Shown here in pieces: positions 9,622 through 21,338 of a DNA stretch of 64,000 nucleotides; the first letter of the stretch is position 1, and each line of letters starts with the position of its first letter. Position numbers and translations under genes: made by a program. The stretch is from an uncultured Nitrospiraceae bacterium. GTDB lineage: Bacteria > Nitrospirota > Nitrospiria > Nitrospirales > Nitrospiraceae. The stretch spans positions 192,001 through 256,000 of the forward strand of contig CAWJWJ010000002.1 of assembly GCA_963846575.1 (NCBI GenBank), read 5' to 3'. The notes beneath the pieces were generated by a model. That model worked only from the letters and a program-made list of their open reading frames with translations. It did not search any database and was not told the DNA's origin.

Positions 9622-10869
9622 ATGCATCTTGCGGAACTCAAACAGAAATCCATTGCCGATCTGAATGAAGTGGCGCGAGATCTAAAGATCGAAGGTGCGG
9701 CGAATCTACGCAAGCAAGAACTCATATTTGCCATACTCCAGGCCCAGACAGAGAAAAACGGAGTGGTGTTCGGTGAAGGGGTATTGGAAACCCTGCCAGA
9801 TGGATTCGGATTTCTCCGGGCTCCTGACTCTAACTATCTGCCTGGCCCGGATGACATCTATATTTCACCGTCCCAGATTCGACGATTCAATCTCCGAACA
9901 GGCGATATTGTCTCCGGTCAGATTCGGCCGCCGAAGGAAAGTGAACGCTACTTTGCTTTGCTCAAGGTGGAAAAGGTCAATTATGAGGATCCAGAGGTTG
10001 CACGCGACAAGATTCTCTTTGACAACCTAACGCCGCTCTACCCCGAGGAACGACTTAATCTTGAATTTGACCGTGAGGAATACTGCACCCGTGTAATGGA
10101 TCTCACAACACCAATCGGCAAAGGCCAGCGCGGTTTGATTGTCGCAGCCCCGCGAACCGGAAAAACGATGCTCTTGCAGGCAATCGCCCGCGCCATCCTC
10201 AAAAACCATAAGGAAGTCACCTTAATTGTCCTCCTGATTGACGAACGACCCGAAGAGGTCACAGACTGGCAACGTCAGGTGAAGGCTGAGGTCATTAGTT
10301 CCACCTTCGACGAGCCCGCGCAACGTCATGCGCAGGTCGCGGAGATGGTTCTTGAAAAAGCGAAGCGGCTTGTTGAGCATAAGAAAGATGTCGTGATTTT
10401 GCTCGATAGCATCACTCGCTTGGCCAGGGCGTACAATACAATTGCGCCTCCCAGCGGGAAGGTGCTTTCAGGCGGTTTGGACTCCAATGCCCTTCAACGT
10501 CCCAAGCGGTTCTTTGGCGCCGCCCGCAACATCGAGAATGGCGGAAGCTTGACCATTATGGCCACCGCTCTGATCGATACCGGTAGCCGCATGGATGATG
10601 TGATCTTTGAAGAATTTAAGGGAACCGGCAACATGGAAGTCCATTTGGATCGACGCTTGGCGGATAAGCGCCTCTTCCCAGCAATCGACATCAGTCAATC
10701 CGGAACGCGTAAGGAAGAGCTCCTTGTGGATCGCGATCGCTTGAACAAGATGTGGATCTTGCGCAAGGTCTTAAGTCCATTAGGTACTATGGAGGCTATG
10801 GAGTTCTTAATGGACAAGATTGGCGGAACCAAAACCAATCAAGAGTTCTTGCAGTCCATGAATCGTTAG
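9622..10869 (+). CDS. rho: Transcription termination factor Rho
   Basis: [25 protein letters not shown], Walker [23 protein letters not shown]; start placed at MHLAELK. Confidence 0.97.
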   Translation: MHLAELKQKSIADLNEVARDLKIEGAANLRKQELIFAILQAQTEKNGVVFGEGVLETLPDGFGFLRAPDSNYLPGPDDIYISPSQIRRFNLRTGDIVSGQIRPPKESERYFALLKVEKVNYEDPEVARDKILFDNLTPLYPEERLNLEFDREEYCTRVMDLTTPIGKGQRGLIVAAPRTGKTMLLQAIARAILKNHKEVTLIVLLIDERPEEVTDWQRQVKAEVISSTFDEPAQRHAQVAEMVLEKAKRLVEHKKDVVILLDSITRLARAYNTIAPPSGKVLSGGLDSNALQRPKRFFGAARNIENGGSLTIMATALIDTGSRMDDVIFEEFKGTGNMEVHLDRRLADKRLFPAIDISQSGTRKEELLVDRDRLNKMWILRKVLSPLGTMEAMEFLMDKIGGTKTNQEFLQSMNR

Positions 10870-10966
10870 ACCGCCGCTTGCCAGCGCGAGCCACTCCAGT
10901 GTAAAGTCGGTCACCCTAAGTTCAAGATCTCTGAGGTAACGAACCAAGCGTCGTATAGGAGCAGAT

Positions 10967-11173
10967 ATGCAAAAGGGAATTCATCCAGTGTACCGAGAAG
11001 CGACGGTCCATTGTGCTTGCGGGAATACGTTTAAAACGCGATCCACTATTGGAAACATTAAGGTCGACATCTGTGCAGGATGCCATCCATTCTTTACAGG
11101 AACCCAGAAAATCGTCGATACCGAAGGGCGTGTTGAACGGTTTAAGAAGAAGTACGCCAAAAAAGAAAAGTAG
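10967..11173 (+). CDS. rpmE: 50S ribosomal protein L31 (Zn-binding CxC...CxxC type)
   Basis: [33 protein letters not shown]. Confidence 0.96.
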   Translation: MQKGIHPVYREATVHCACGNTFKTRSTIGNIKVDICAGCHPFFTGTQKIVDTEGRVERFKKKYAKKEK

Positions 11174-11194
11174 GCCTCAGTCAGGACATAATGG

Positions 11195-11232
11195 AGACCC
11201 TGCTTCCTTTTGGGGCAGGGTCTTTTGTTTTT
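11195..11232 (+). terminator. Intrinsic terminator after rpmE
   Basis: AGACCCTGCTTC...GGGGCAGGGTCT stem followed by a T-rich tract. Confidence 0.7.
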
Positions 11233-11267
11233 TCAGCCAAGAGGCTTAAAAGCAGAATGGGCAAGAC

Positions 11268-12350
11268 ATGGAAGATGTGCTGATCAAGAAATGGGAGGGG
11301 ATCGCCGCGCGCTACCAAGAGCTGACCAATCAGCTCATGGATCCGGTCATTCTCAATCAGCCTGGTATGATTCACAAGCTGAATAAGGAGCGGACCGAGT
11401 TGGAGCCGGCGGCGCTTCAGTTCGTCACCTACTGCGAGATGAAGAAACAGCTCGAAGAAGTGTCTGTCTTGCTTCAGGACCCCTCAACGGGAAGTGAAAT
11501 GAAGCAGCTGTTTATGGAGGAAAGTAGCCATCTGAAACTGCAACTGCAGGATCTGGAAAATCAAGCCATAGCCTCACTCACTCCCAAAGATCCGCGGGAT
11601 GAGAAAAATGTCTTTCTCGAGATTCGCGCCGGGACCGGAGGAGATGAAGCGGCATTGTTTGCCGGCGATCTTTTTCGCATGTACCTGAAGTATGCCGAGC
11701 GCAACCGACTTCGACTGGAAGTAGTCGACGCATCCGAGACAGGTATTGGTGGATATCGCGAGGTCATCGCCCTGCTTGAAGGAAAGGGGAGCTATGGACG
11801 GCTCCGTTACGAAAGTGGCGTGCATCGTGTCCAGCGTGTCCCTACGACAGAAGCGAGTGGGAGAATTCATACCTCGACGGTCACTGTGGCGGTTATGCCG
11901 GAGGTTGATGAGGTTGAGGTAAATATCGATCCCAAGGATTTACGCATTGATACGTTTTGCTCTTCCGGAGCCGGTGGGCAAAGTGTCAATACAACCTATT
12001 CGGCGGTGAGAATTACCCACATTCCAACCGGAGTCGTCGTGAGTTGTCAGGATGAGCGGTCCCAACTAAAAAACAGGACTAAAGCCATGCGAACTTTGCG
12101 AGCGCGCATTGTAGAAGCTGAACGAGAAAAACAGGATGCGGAAATCGCGCAACACCGGAAGGCACAGGTAGGAACGGGGGATCGCAGCGAAAAGATCCGT
12201 ACCTATAACTTTCCGCAGAATCGGGTAACGGACCATCGTATCGGTTTGACGGTGCATAAACTGGATCAGGTGCTAACAGGTGATTTGGAGGAGATCGTGC
12301 AGGCCTTACGTGCTCATTACGAGCACTTGGCTACGATGGAGTCTCGATGA
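11268..12350 (+). CDS. prfA: Peptide chain release factor 1
   Basis: GTGGDEA, PTT recognition motif, [20 protein letters not shown]. Confidence 0.97.
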   Translation: MEDVLIKKWEGIAARYQELTNQLMDPVILNQPGMIHKLNKERTELEPAALQFVTYCEMKKQLEEVSVLLQDPSTGSEMKQLFMEESSHLKLQLQDLENQAIASLTPKDPRDEKNVFLEIRAGTGGDEAALFAGDLFRMYLKYAERNRLRLEVVDASETGIGGYREVIALLEGKGSYGRLRYESGVHRVQRVPTTEASGRIHTSTVTVAVMPEVDEVEVNIDPKDLRIDTFCSSGAGGQSVNTTYSAVRITHIPTGVVVSCQDERSQLKNRTKAMRTLRARIVEAEREKQDAEIAQHRKAQVGTGDRSEKIRTYNFPQNRVTDHRIGLTVHKLDQVLTGDLEEIVQALRAHYEHLATMESR

Positions 12351-13273
12351 GTGCTCAGGGGCAAATAAGCTGCACCTCTTCGCTCAATATCGGAAGGTTG
12401 TTAGTTGAAGCCGAGGCCCGACTGAGCGCGGCCGGGATCGAGCATCACATGCTTGAGGCCGCGTGGTTGTTGGAGAATGCCCTCAATGTATCGCCCCTGC
12501 TGCAGCGGGTGAGTCCGGAACGTGAGGTCACGGCTGCAGGATGGGCGCGCGTACAGGAACTAGTCGCGCGACGCGCGCAGCGCGAACCACTACAATATAT
12601 ACTGGGTACGCAAGAATTCTCGGGTCGGGAATTTCATGTCACCCCCGCAGTGTTAATTCCCCGTCCCGAAAGCCGGTTGTTGGTCACCGAGACAATTCGA
12701 CGGTGTAAGGAAAATCCTGCAGCGACAGTGGTGGACGTCGGAACCGGCTCTGGCTGCCTGGCCGTGTCGGTGGCTGCGGCCCTTCCGGCTGCGAGAGTGT
12801 TGGCTATCGATGCTTCGCCTGAGGCGTTGTCGGTGGCCCGCGACAATATGAGACTGCATGGCGTTGCTGAGCGAATCGAGTGTTTTTGCGGTGATCTCTT
12901 ATCTGCGTTGGAAACGTCTCTCCCGATGAATGGGGCGGATGTAATTTTCTCTAATCCTCCGTATATTGCCGAATCAGACTGGATGGCCCTCCAACCAGAA
13001 GTCCGATGTTTTGAGCCACGGCTTGCTTTAGCTGGAGGGCGAGATGGCATGGACCTGCATCGGCGACTCATGCAGCAAGCACCCTTCTATCTCAAGCCCG
13101 GCGGAGTGTTATTAATGGAAGTGGGCGCAGGTCAAGCGAAGTCAGTCTGCCGCGTCGCACAAATGAGCGGCCGGTTTGTGGTTGATGGTGTTATTCGGGA
13201 TGAAGCCCGGATAGACCGCGTGGTGTGCTTTATCGAGAATGGTACCTGCTTAGGCCGCAGCACACTTCCGTAG
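12347..13273 (+). CDS. prmC: Release factor glutamine methyltransferase
   Basis: [30 protein letters not shown] overlap with prfA. Confidence 0.94.
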   Translation: MSAQGQISCTSSLNIGRLLVEAEARLSAAGIEHHMLEAAWLLENALNVSPLLQRVSPEREVTAAGWARVQELVARRAQREPLQYILGTQEFSGREFHVTPAVLIPRPESRLLVTETIRRCKENPAATVVDVGTGSGCLAVSVAAALPAARVLAIDASPEALSVARDNMRLHGVAERIECFCGDLLSALETSLPMNGADVIFSNPPYIAESDWMALQPEVRCFEPRLALAGGRDGMDLHRRLMQQAPFYLKPGGVLLMEVGAGQAKSVCRVAQMSGRFVVDGVIRDEARIDRVVCFIENGTCLGRSTLP

Positions 13274-13303
13274 GTGTCAGAACCCATTCGCCATACCTAA
13301 TCA

Positions 13304-14560
13304 ATGGATCGAATCGTCATTCAAGGGGGAAGGCCGCTTCGGGGTGAGGTCCGCACGAGCGGAGCCAAGAACGCCGCGCTTCCTATTTTGGCCTCCTCGA
13401 TTCTTGGAGGCGGTGAGTGCGTCCTGTCAAATATGCCTCATGTGGTCGATGTCGTGACCATGGGAAAGTTGCTCGGCATGTTGGGAATCGCTGTGACACA
13501 CGAGGGCAACCATACCGTGGTGCAGGCCGACACAGTAGCGTCTACAGAAGCGCCCTACGATCTCGTTCGCACGATGCGGGCGTCCGTGTTGGTATTGGGT
13601 CCGCTGGTGGCTCGGTTCGGCGAGGCCAAGGTTTCACTACCGGGTGGTTGTGCCATCGGCTCTCGACCGGTGAATTTTCACCTGGCGGGCCTGGAGAAAA
13701 TGGGTGCCATGGTCGAAATTGAACATGGTTATATCAAGGCGACGGCACGCCGTTTGAAGGGGTGTCGGATTTATTTTGATACGCCCAGCGTGACCGGGAC
13801 CGAGAATCTCATGATGGCCGCCGTACTCGCGGAAGGCACCACGGTGCTCGAAAATGCCGCCAAAGAACCAGAGATCACTGATCTGGCGGAGTTTCTTGTC
13901 AAACGCGGAGCACGCATAGTCGGGGCGGGAACGGACATGATTACGATCGAAGGCGTTACAGCGCTGCACGGTGCGGATCATGAGGTGATCCCGGACCGAA
14001 TCGAGGCTGGTACCTACCTGATCGCCGGAGCTATAACCGGCGGCGAGGTGGTAGTAGAGCGTTGTCGGCCCGAGCACATGGAGCCTCTGCTCATGAAACT
14101 TCGCGAAAGCGGGGTGGAGTTGATCGAGGACAAGGAGCGGGTCTGCCTTAAGGTCTCCGGTCGTCTGAAGGGGACGAATGTCCGCACCAGTCCGCATCCT
14201 GGATTTCCCACAGATATGCAGGCTCAGTTTGTAGCGTTGATGGCAGGTGCCGAAGGGACCAGTGTGGTCACGGAAACGATTTTTGAAAGTCGGTTCATGC
14301 ATGTGGAAGAGTTGCGCCGGATGGGCGCTGATATCCGGGTCGAAGGAAACCGTGTTGTAGTGACTGGCAGGGAGCGGTTGACAGGCGCGCCGGTGATGGC
14401 CTCGGACCTTCGAGCCAGTGCCGGACTGATTGTGGCTGGACTTGCGGCAGAGGGCACGACCGAAATTTCTCGGGTCTATCACCTTGATCGGGGCTACGAG
14501 CGTCTCGAAGAAAAGCTTTGCGCTCTGGGCGCCAGCGTCGAACGCAGAAAGGGAACGTGA
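13304..14560 (+). CDS. murA: UDP-N-acetylglucosamine 1-carboxyvinyltransferase
   Basis: [38 protein letters not shown]. Confidence 0.97.
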   Translation: MDRIVIQGGRPLRGEVRTSGAKNAALPILASSILGGGECVLSNMPHVVDVVTMGKLLGMLGIAVTHEGNHTVVQADTVASTEAPYDLVRTMRASVLVLGPLVARFGEAKVSLPGGCAIGSRPVNFHLAGLEKMGAMVEIEHGYIKATARRLKGCRIYFDTPSVTGTENLMMAAVLAEGTTVLENAAKEPEITDLAEFLVKRGARIVGAGTDMITIEGVTALHGADHEVIPDRIEAGTYLIAGAITGGEVVVERCRPEHMEPLLMKLRESGVELIEDKERVCLKVSGRLKGTNVRTSPHPGFPTDMQAQFVALMAGAEGTSVVTETIFESRFMHVEELRRMGADIRVEGNRVVVTGRERLTGAPVMASDLRASAGLIVAGLAAEGTTEISRVYHLDRGYERLEEKLCALGASVERRKGT

Positions 14561-15258
14561 CGGTGAAGGCGAGGAGGTCGAACAAGGAGAAATTACCTGG
14601 TCTGACGATCGCGCTGTCCAAGGGGAAACTGCTGGGTCCGGTGTTGCAGCTTCTGCGGCAGGCTGGATACTACAGTCCAGGACTGTCTAACGAGAGTCGG
14701 AAGTTAATGTTCCCCTGTTCGTCTAAGGAGGCCACATTTCTGATTGTCAGGCCGACCGATGTACCGACCTATGTCGAGCACGGCGCGGCCGATGTCGGAG
14801 TAGTCGGCAAGGATGTGCTGCTGGAGCAGGAGAGTGATGTCTATGAGCCGTTGGATTTGAAGGTGGGAGCGTGTAGAATCTCCGTCGCCGCGCTGCAGGG
14901 GCAAGCTTCGCCGGACAGGTGGTCGTCGAAGATTCGGGTGGCCACCAAGTATCCCAACGTCACTGAACGCTATTTTAATCAGCGCGGGATACCGGTCGAG
15001 ATTGTCAAACTGTACGGATCCATAGAATTGGCCCCGATTGTTGGGCTAGCGGACCGCATCGTAGACCTGGTCGAAACCGGCAGTACTTTGAAGGCCCATG
15101 ACCTTGTGGAGGTCGAGGTGATCAGCGACTCCACGGCACGGTTGATTGTAAATAGGGCCAGTCTAAAACTGAAGCACGAGCCCTTGATGGCCTTGATCCA
15201 GCAGTTGCGAGAAGCGGTCGCTGGGGAGCAGAAAAGTCAACCGGTTTTGCGCAAATAA
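14557..15258 (+). CDS. hisG: ATP phosphoribosyltransferase, short form
   Basis: IALSKG, DVPTYVE.G.AD.G.VG.D, ATKYP, GSIELAP, DLVETGSTL; no C-terminal regulatory domain; GTG overlaps the murA stop. Confidence 0.93.
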   Translation: MTVKARRSNKEKLPGLTIALSKGKLLGPVLQLLRQAGYYSPGLSNESRKLMFPCSSKEATFLIVRPTDVPTYVEHGAADVGVVGKDVLLEQESDVYEPLDLKVGACRISVAALQGQASPDRWSSKIRVATKYPNVTERYFNQRGIPVEIVKLYGSIELAPIVGLADRIVDLVETGSTLKAHDLVEVEVISDSTARLIVNRASLKLKHEPLMALIQQLREAVAGEQKSQPVLRK

Positions 15259-15321
15259 CGCTGCAGGTCCCTCAGTATGGCACCTGATCCTGAGAGCGCT
15301 CGCAGTGACAGGACAAATGAC

Positions 15322-16605
15322 ATGACCATTTTTGCGAGTACCGATCCAACCTTTGCCAAGGCATTGTCTAAAATCGTGAACCGTTCGCAGTCTCAAGGCG
15401 CAAGCGTTGAGAAGAATGTGCGGACAATTCTCAAGGGCGTCGAACGAAGCGGGGATTCTGCGGTATTGCGTTATACGAAGAAATTCGATCGGCTCTCCTT
15501 GAAAGTCGACCACATGCGTGTGACTGCGGAGGAGATCAAGGAGGCGTATCATCACATCCGCAAGGGTGAAGGGGACTCCCTCCGGTATGCCGCGGAACGT
15601 GTGCGACAATTTCACGAGCGTCAGCGCACTAAAACCTGGATGTACCAGGATCAGACGGCCACGCTCGGCCAGTTGGTCACGCCTCTTGATGCCGTTGGCG
15701 TCTACGTGCCCGGCGGCAAGGCGGTTTACCCTTCCTCGGTACTCATGTGCGCGATTCCCGCGAAGGTTGCGGGGGTTCGGCGGATCGTCATGTGCACCCC
15801 CACTCCTAAGGGAGAAATCAATCCCTACCTGTTGGTCGCGGCGGATATCGCGGGTGTCGATGAAATTTACCGTGTGGGTGGAGTGCAAGCGATCGGCGCC
15901 ATGGCGTACGGCACAAAGACCATAGCCAAAGTCGATAAAATCGTGGGGCCCGGCAATATCTTTGTCGCAACGGCGAAGCGGCTGCTGTATGGAACCGTCG
16001 GAATCGACATGGTGGCCGGCCCCAGTGAGTTGTTGGTTGTGGCGGATGCTGATGCCAATCCGGCGCATGTCGCGGCAGATCTGCTTTGCGAAGCCGAACA
16101 CGATGAAGATGCGCAGGTCTATCTCGTCACTATTTCTGCCTCGCTCGCGAAAGAAGTGGTGCGCCTGCTCCAGCAACAATTGAAAGGGCTGCAACGCGAA
16201 AAGATTGCCTCTAAATCGATTGCGAGACACTTTGCGGCGTTCGTTGTGCCAACGATGGATGTGGCCATCGAAGTGGCGAACGACATTGCACCGGAGCACC
16301 TCACACTCTCGGTAGATCGGCCGTTCGACTATTTGGACCAGATTCGTCACGCCGGGGCATTGTTTTTAGGGCGTTACACACCGCCGGCTGTGGCGGATTA
16401 TGTAGCAGGCCCGAATCACGTATTGCCGACGGGTGCGACCGCGCGTTTCTTTTCTCCGCTATCGGTGAGCGATTACGTGAAGGTCAGTAATATCGTACAC
16501 TACACCAAGGAAGAGTTGACGAAGGCCAAGGATCATATCGTCCGACTGGCGCATATCGAGGGCTTCGATGCGCATGCCAAATCAACCCAGAGTAGGTTTT
16601 CATGA
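15322..16605 (+). CDS. hisD: Histidinol dehydrogenase
   Basis: [34 protein letters not shown]. Confidence 0.95.
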   Translation: MTIFASTDPTFAKALSKIVNRSQSQGASVEKNVRTILKGVERSGDSAVLRYTKKFDRLSLKVDHMRVTAEEIKEAYHHIRKGEGDSLRYAAERVRQFHERQRTKTWMYQDQTATLGQLVTPLDAVGVYVPGGKAVYPSSVLMCAIPAKVAGVRRIVMCTPTPKGEINPYLLVAADIAGVDEIYRVGGVQAIGAMAYGTKTIAKVDKIVGPGNIFVATAKRLLYGTVGIDMVAGPSELLVVADADANPAHVAADLLCEAEHDEDAQVYLVTISASLAKEVVRLLQQQLKGLQREKIASKSIARHFAAFVVPTMDVAIEVANDIAPEHLTLSVDRPFDYLDQIRHAGALFLGRYTPPAVADYVAGPNHVLPTGATARFFSPLSVSDYVKVSNIVHYTKEELTKAKDHIVRLAHIEGFDAHAKSTQSRFS

Positions 16606-17207
16606 AAAAAACCGGAGCCTCGAGACAAGCCTCGCTTCACCGCACCACGAAGGAAACTGACGTGCGTGTTGACTGGACCCTGGATGGTACCGGGCAGGGG
16701 AAGATTGACACCTCCATCCGGTTCTTTGACCACATGCTGGATCTTTTGGCTAGGCATGGATTCTTTGACCTGACCGTGCAGGCCAAGGGAGATACTGAAA
16801 TCGATGATCACCATACCGTGGAGGATGTCGGGATTGTCATGGGTAAGGCCTTGCATGAGGCGTTGGGTGAAAAGGCGGGTATCAAGCGATTCGGCTGGGC
16901 ATCGGTCCCCTTGGACGAAACTCTCGCCCAGGTGACTGTTGATATAAGCGGGCGGCCATATCTCGTCTATAACGTGACGTTGCCTGATCGAAAGATCAAG
17001 ACCTTCGACCTGGGTTTGTTTGAGGATTTCTTCCAGGCGTTTGTGACGAATGGTGGATTGAATCTTCACGTGAATCTTCAGTACGGGCGCAATCCGCACC
17101 ACATCATGGAAGCCATCTTCAAGGCATTGGCCAAAGCCCTGGATCAAGCCACGATGCATGAAGAGCGTTTGTCCGGGGGCGTACTGTCGACCAAAGGAAG
17201 TCTCTAA
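16602..17207 (+). CDS. hisB: Imidazoleglycerol-phosphate dehydratase
   Basis: [35 protein letters not shown]. Confidence 0.96.
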   Translation: MKKTGASRQASLHRTTKETDVRVDWTLDGTGQGKIDTSIRFFDHMLDLLARHGFFDLTVQAKGDTEIDDHHTVEDVGIVMGKALHEALGEKAGIKRFGWASVPLDETLAQVTVDISGRPYLVYNVTLPDRKIKTFDLGLFEDFFQAFVTNGGLNLHVNLQYGRNPHHIMEAIFKALAKALDQATMHEERLSGGVLSTKGSL

Positions 17208-17290
17208 ACCTACCCCCAGGCATGAAAGCCCCCGGCGAGTGGACTGTCCGAAACTCTCCATTGTCCGTATGATCAGCTACTAACATTATC

Positions 17291-17899
17291 ATGATTGCCA
17301 TCATTGATTATGGTATGGGCAACCTTCGGAGCGTCCATAAGGCGTTCGAAGCAGTCGGGCATCAGGCCGTGGTAACGCGTGAGGCGCGTGTCATTGCGGA
17401 CGCCAGCCATGTTGTGCTGCCGGGTGTGGGGGCATTTGGTGATTGCATGGCCAATCTCGATCAGTATGGGCTGAGCGACCCGATTCGCAGTGCGATCCAA
17501 TCCGGCAAACCTTTCTTGGGGATTTGTCTAGGGCTGCAACTATTGTTCACAGAGAGTGAAGAGTTCGGTATTCATAAAGGCCTCGGTGTGATCCCTGGCC
17601 GAGTCAGAAAATTCGTGTTGGATCCGAGCTTGAAGGTGCCGCACACGGGCTGGAATGAAATCGACATTGTGCGGGTACCGCCACCTCTGAGAGGGATCAA
17701 CTCAGGCAGCCATTGTTATTTTGTGCATTCCTATTACGTCGAACCGCTCGATCCCGGCGTGGTTGCCACGGTGACGGGGTACGGCCATCGATTTGCCTCC
17801 GCCGTGTGGAAAGACAATCTCGTCGCATGTCAATTTCATCCAGAAAAGAGTCAGGCTGTCGGGCTGCAGATCATCAAGAATTTCGGGGCCTGGACGTGA
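17291..17899 (+). CDS. hisH: Imidazole glycerol phosphate synthase, glutamine amidotransferase subunit
   Basis: IDYGMGNL, LPGVG, GICLGLQ, YFVHSY, QFHPEKS. Confidence 0.96.
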   Translation: MIAIIDYGMGNLRSVHKAFEAVGHQAVVTREARVIADASHVVLPGVGAFGDCMANLDQYGLSDPIRSAIQSGKPFLGICLGLQLLFTESEEFGIHKGLGVIPGRVRKFVLDPSLKVPHTGWNEIDIVRVPPPLRGINSGSHCYFVHSYYVEPLDPGVVATVTGYGHRFASAVWKDNLVACQFHPEKSQAVGLQIIKNFGAWT

Positions 17900-18621
17900 G
17901 GGGCTGGTATCCATGCGGCATATGGATCTTGATGGTGGTATTGACGCTATCGGGCTGCAGTGGGACAAAAGTGACAACCAGGGCTTTCCCGCAACTGGGT
18001 AAGTACCGGATACATACGATCGCGCTTATGCCGTTTGAAACGATGATGACTCCACAAGCGATGGAGTCATCCGGCCCCTCGTTCCCTGTGCCTTCGGGTG
18101 CGCGGCGATCGGAAATGGCCGTGGCCATTCCGCCCACGACCGAACAGTACCCACGGGAAACTCATATCGTGCCGCCTGCCGCTGGGGAAACAATCACGCG
18201 GCTCATGTGGACCAAACTCAAGGCACGCTCGGGCTTAGACGTTCTCTCACCTACAGAGTCGAGTTCGGCGGCGCGAGAGTTGGGAGGAGGGGCCGCTCCC
18301 GCGACAGTGCCGGCTCATAAAGTCGCCCAGCGTCTTCGCGCCGATGCGGCACTGAGCGGAAAAGTGCTGGTGTATCAGGAGCGTGTGGGGGGACGGTTCG
18401 GCGCAGATCCGCCCGCGATCGTTGGCTTTGAAGTGAAGCTCGTCGCTCCGGATGGAAGCGTGCTGTGGGAAGGCAACTATTATGAAAAACAGCGGCCGAT
18501 GATCGAAGACTTCGTTGGTTTTATTCGGCGGTATGGAATGTTTGTGACCGCTGAGGAGTTGGCGGCATATGGGGCGGCAGAGCTGGCAAAGGCGCTGCCC
18601 GTCGGCAGCGTTGACGAATAG
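17896..18621 (+). CDS. Putative lipoprotein inside the his operon
   Basis: GTG overlapping the hisH stop gives MRGWYPCGIWILMVVLTLSG-C (lipobox). Confidence 0.7.
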   Translation: MRGWYPCGIWILMVVLTLSGCSGTKVTTRAFPQLGKYRIHTIALMPFETMMTPQAMESSGPSFPVPSGARRSEMAVAIPPTTEQYPRETHIVPPAAGETITRLMWTKLKARSGLDVLSPTESSSAARELGGGAAPATVPAHKVAQRLRADAALSGKVLVYQERVGGRFGADPPAIVGFEVKLVAPDGSVLWEGNYYEKQRPMIEDFVGFIRRYGMFVTAEELAAYGAAELAKALPVGSVDE

Positions 18622-18653
18622 TTCTCAGGCATGCCTCGGGAGAAGGTGTATCC

Positions 18654-19379
18654 ATGCAGGTGATTCCCGCGATAGATTTAAAAGACGGCCGGTGCGTGCG
18701 ACTCCGACAGGGCGATATGGCCGCAGAGACCGTCTATTCCGAGGATGTGCCGATGGTGGCCCACGGCTGGCAACAGCAGGGAGCCAGTCTCATTCACGTC
18801 GTTGATCTGAATGGTGCGGTTGATGGAGAACCGAAGAATCTTCCGCAGATCGAAGCGGTGATCAAGACGGTGAGCGTGAAGGTGCAAGTCGGTGGCGGCA
18901 TTCGTACGATCGGCACGGTGCGGCAGTATCTTAAGGCGGGTGTGGCTCGCGTAGTATTGGGAACCGCGGCCCTCACGGACCGGGCATTCCTGGCGCAGGC
19001 TTGCCGGGAGTTTCCGCAGCAAATTGTACTAGGCCTTGATGCGCGTGACGGCAATGTGGCGGTGAAGGGATGGACGAGTGTCTCCGCAACGAAAGCCACT
19101 GATCTCCTCACAGATCTGGCCGGCCTCGAGCTGGGTGCCGTTATCTACACGGATATTGCCCGCGATGGCATGTTGAACGGACCCAATTTGGAAGCCCTGC
19201 AGGAAATCGTCGCGCTATCAGTATTTCCGGTGATTGCGTCCGGCGGCATCAGCCGCATCGAAGACCTGCTGGCGGTCCAACTGATGGGTTCGCGGGTGGA
19301 GGGCGCCATTGTGGGGAAAGCCTTTTACGACGGCAAAATGAACTATCGAGAAGCGCTCGCTGCGCTCAGGAACGGATGA
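18654..19379 (+). CDS. hisA: ProFAR isomerase
   Basis: IPAIDL..GRCVRL.QG, HVVDLNGA, VGGGIR, YTDIARDGM. Confidence 0.95.
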   Translation: MQVIPAIDLKDGRCVRLRQGDMAAETVYSEDVPMVAHGWQQQGASLIHVVDLNGAVDGEPKNLPQIEAVIKTVSVKVQVGGGIRTIGTVRQYLKAGVARVVLGTAALTDRAFLAQACREFPQQIVLGLDARDGNVAVKGWTSVSATKATDLLTDLAGLELGAVIYTDIARDGMLNGPNLEALQEIVALSVFPVIASGGISRIEDLLAVQLMGSRVEGAIVGKAFYDGKMNYREALAALRNG

Positions 19380-19405
19380 GATGGATGCGGGTGATCGGGT
19401 GATGT

Positions 19406-20170
19406 ATGTTGACTAAGCGCATCATCCCCTGCTTGGACGTCAAAGATGGTCGAGTCGTCAAGGGGGTGAGTTTCGTTAATCTTCGTGATGCGGGCGATCC
19501 GGTCGAAATTGCCACTATCTATGACGGTGAAGGGGCGGACGAGCTGTGCTTTCTGGACATCACCGCGTCGCATGAAAACCGCAAGACCATTATTCATGTG
19601 GTAGAGCAAACTGCGGCCAGAGTGTTCATGCCGCTGACGGTCGGGGGCGGCGTGCGGACGTTGGAGGACATTCGAGCACTGCTCAATGCAGGAGCCGACA
19701 AGGTCAGTATCAATACAACAGCTGTTCAAGATCCGGAGTTCGTGCGAGCGGCCGCGACCCGGTTCGGTTCACAGTGCGTCGTCGTGGCGATCGATGCCAG
19801 GCGATCTGGGCAGGACGGAGGCTGGGCGGTCTTTACTCATGGCGGCCGCAAGCCGACCGAACTCGATGCAATCGAATGGGCACAACGCATGGAAGCGTAT
19901 GGAGCCGGGGAGATCCTTTTGACCAGCATGGATCAGGACGGACGCCAGAATGGGTACGATCTGGCATTGACTGCGGCGGTATCGGCACGTCTCACCATCC
20001 CAGTGATTGCCTCCGGCGGAGTAGGGACCCTGGACCACTTGTACGATGGACTTGTGAAAGGCAGAGCGGACGCGGTTCTGGCCGCTTCGATATTTCATTT
20101 TCGAGTCCATACCATTCAAGAGGCGAAGAGCTATCTGTGCGAAAGAGGCGTGCCGGTTCGGTTGACCTAA
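19406..20170 (+). CDS. hisF: Imidazole glycerol phosphate synthase, cyclase subunit
   Basis: [37 protein letters not shown]. Confidence 0.97.
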   Translation: MLTKRIIPCLDVKDGRVVKGVSFVNLRDAGDPVEIATIYDGEGADELCFLDITASHENRKTIIHVVEQTAARVFMPLTVGGGVRTLEDIRALLNAGADKVSINTTAVQDPEFVRAAATRFGSQCVVVAIDARRSGQDGGWAVFTHGGRKPTELDAIEWAQRMEAYGAGEILLTSMDQDGRQNGYDLALTAAVSARLTIPVIASGGVGTLDHLYDGLVKGRADAVLAASIFHFRVHTIQEAKSYLCERGVPVRLT

Positions 20171-20188
20171 GGGAGAAGACGGGACGCG

Positions 20189-20863
20189 ATGTCAACGGAG
20201 AGTCGAAGCGTAGCATATGACGGGCAGGGCCTCATTCCCGCGGTGATCCAGGATTGGCTGGACGGCACGGTCTTGATGGTGGGCTATATGAATGCGGATG
20301 CCATTGCTGAGACCCTTCGGACTCGATCAGTCCATTTTTGGAGTCGCTCACGCCAAAAGCTCTGGAAAAAAGGGGAAACCTCCGGGCATTGGCTTCACGT
20401 GAAAGACCTCTTTATTGATTGTGATCGCGATACGATTCTGGTGAAGGCCGAGCCCGTTGGGCCGACCTGCCATACCGGAGAACGTGCGTGTTTCTTCGCC
20501 CGGCTGGACGATCAAGGTTTTGCCGGAGAGGCGAGCACGCAAGAGGCCTGGGGCGGCATTTTGGAAGGCGTACTTCGCACCATTTGTCAGCGACGGGCCC
20601 ATCCACAGCCTGGCTCGTACACGACGAAATTATTTGATGGCGGCCATGACAAGATCCTCAAGAAAGTGGCCGAAGAGGCCGGGGAAGTCCTCTTGGCCTC
20701 CAAAGGCGGAAAGCGCGAGGAAGTGATCTACGAAGTGGCGGATCTCTTCTTTCACACCTTAATGGTGTTGGGGTATCACGGCATCGCGCTGCACGACATC
20801 TATCGGGAATTAGGGACCCGTTTCGGCAAGCCAGGACTCCGGCAACCATCAGAGGGAGCCTAG
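20189..20863 (+). CDS. hisIE: Bifunctional PR-AMP cyclohydrolase / PR-ATP pyrophosphatase
   Basis: KGETSG, DCDRD, TCHTG..CF, then SYT.KL, KKVAEEAGE, EVADLFFH. Confidence 0.94.
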   Translation: MSTESRSVAYDGQGLIPAVIQDWLDGTVLMVGYMNADAIAETLRTRSVHFWSRSRQKLWKKGETSGHWLHVKDLFIDCDRDTILVKAEPVGPTCHTGERACFFARLDDQGFAGEASTQEAWGGILEGVLRTICQRRAHPQPGSYTTKLFDGGHDKILKKVAEEAGEVLLASKGGKREEVIYEVADLFFHTLMVLGYHGIALHDIYRELGTRFGKPGLRQPSEGA

Positions 20864-20864
20864 T

Positions 20865-21209
20865 ATGAGCGACTGCATTTTTTGTCTTATCGTAGACGGT
20901 AAAATTCCGGCAAGGATCGTGCATCAGGATGAACAGATGCTGGCCTTCGAAGACATCAATGCACAGGCTCCCGTGCATATCCTCGTGATTCCCAAACGCC
21001 ATGTGGCGTCTGTTCAGAATTGCCAGGAAAAGGATCAGGCGCTTCTGGGCCATCTGATGTTGACCTGCTCGAAGATTGCGCAGATGAAGAATTTGACCAC
21101 ATCCGGTTATCGGATCGTGACGAACACCGGACCGGATGGGGGCCAGACCGTGGCCCATCTTCACTTCCATATTTTTGGTGGAAGAGCCATGACATGGCCT
21201 CCCGGTTAG
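20865..21209 (+). CDS. Histidine triad nucleotide-binding (HinT-like) protein
   Basis: CIFC, APVHILVIP, GQTV.HLHFH, WPPG. Confidence 0.93.
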   Translation: MSDCIFCLIVDGKIPARIVHQDEQMLAFEDINAQAPVHILVIPKRHVASVQNCQEKDQALLGHLMLTCSKIAQMKNLTTSGYRIVTNTGPDGGQTVAHLHFHIFGGRAMTWPPG

Positions 21210-21225
21210 GACCTCGCCTCTCCGA

Positions 21226-21255
21226 TTGACAGTGGCGTGAATCGTTTGTTAGGCT
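21226..21255 (+). promoter_or_regulatory. Putative sigma70 promoter of dnaG-rpoD
   Basis: TTGACA-18 nt-TAGGCT with upstream TG. Confidence 0.5.
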
Positions 21256-21338
21256 AAACGGTCAACTTTCAATCCTGTTCAATGTGTCCAACCGAGGATT
21301 AGACCGGTTGGATTCCTGCGGGTGCAAGCGAGGACCGC

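Noticed and set aside
15163..16350. 395-aa minus-strand ORF (also 13637-14482 and 46230-47219)
   Set aside because: Antisense shadows of hisD, murA and mrdA, typical of GC-rich coding DNA
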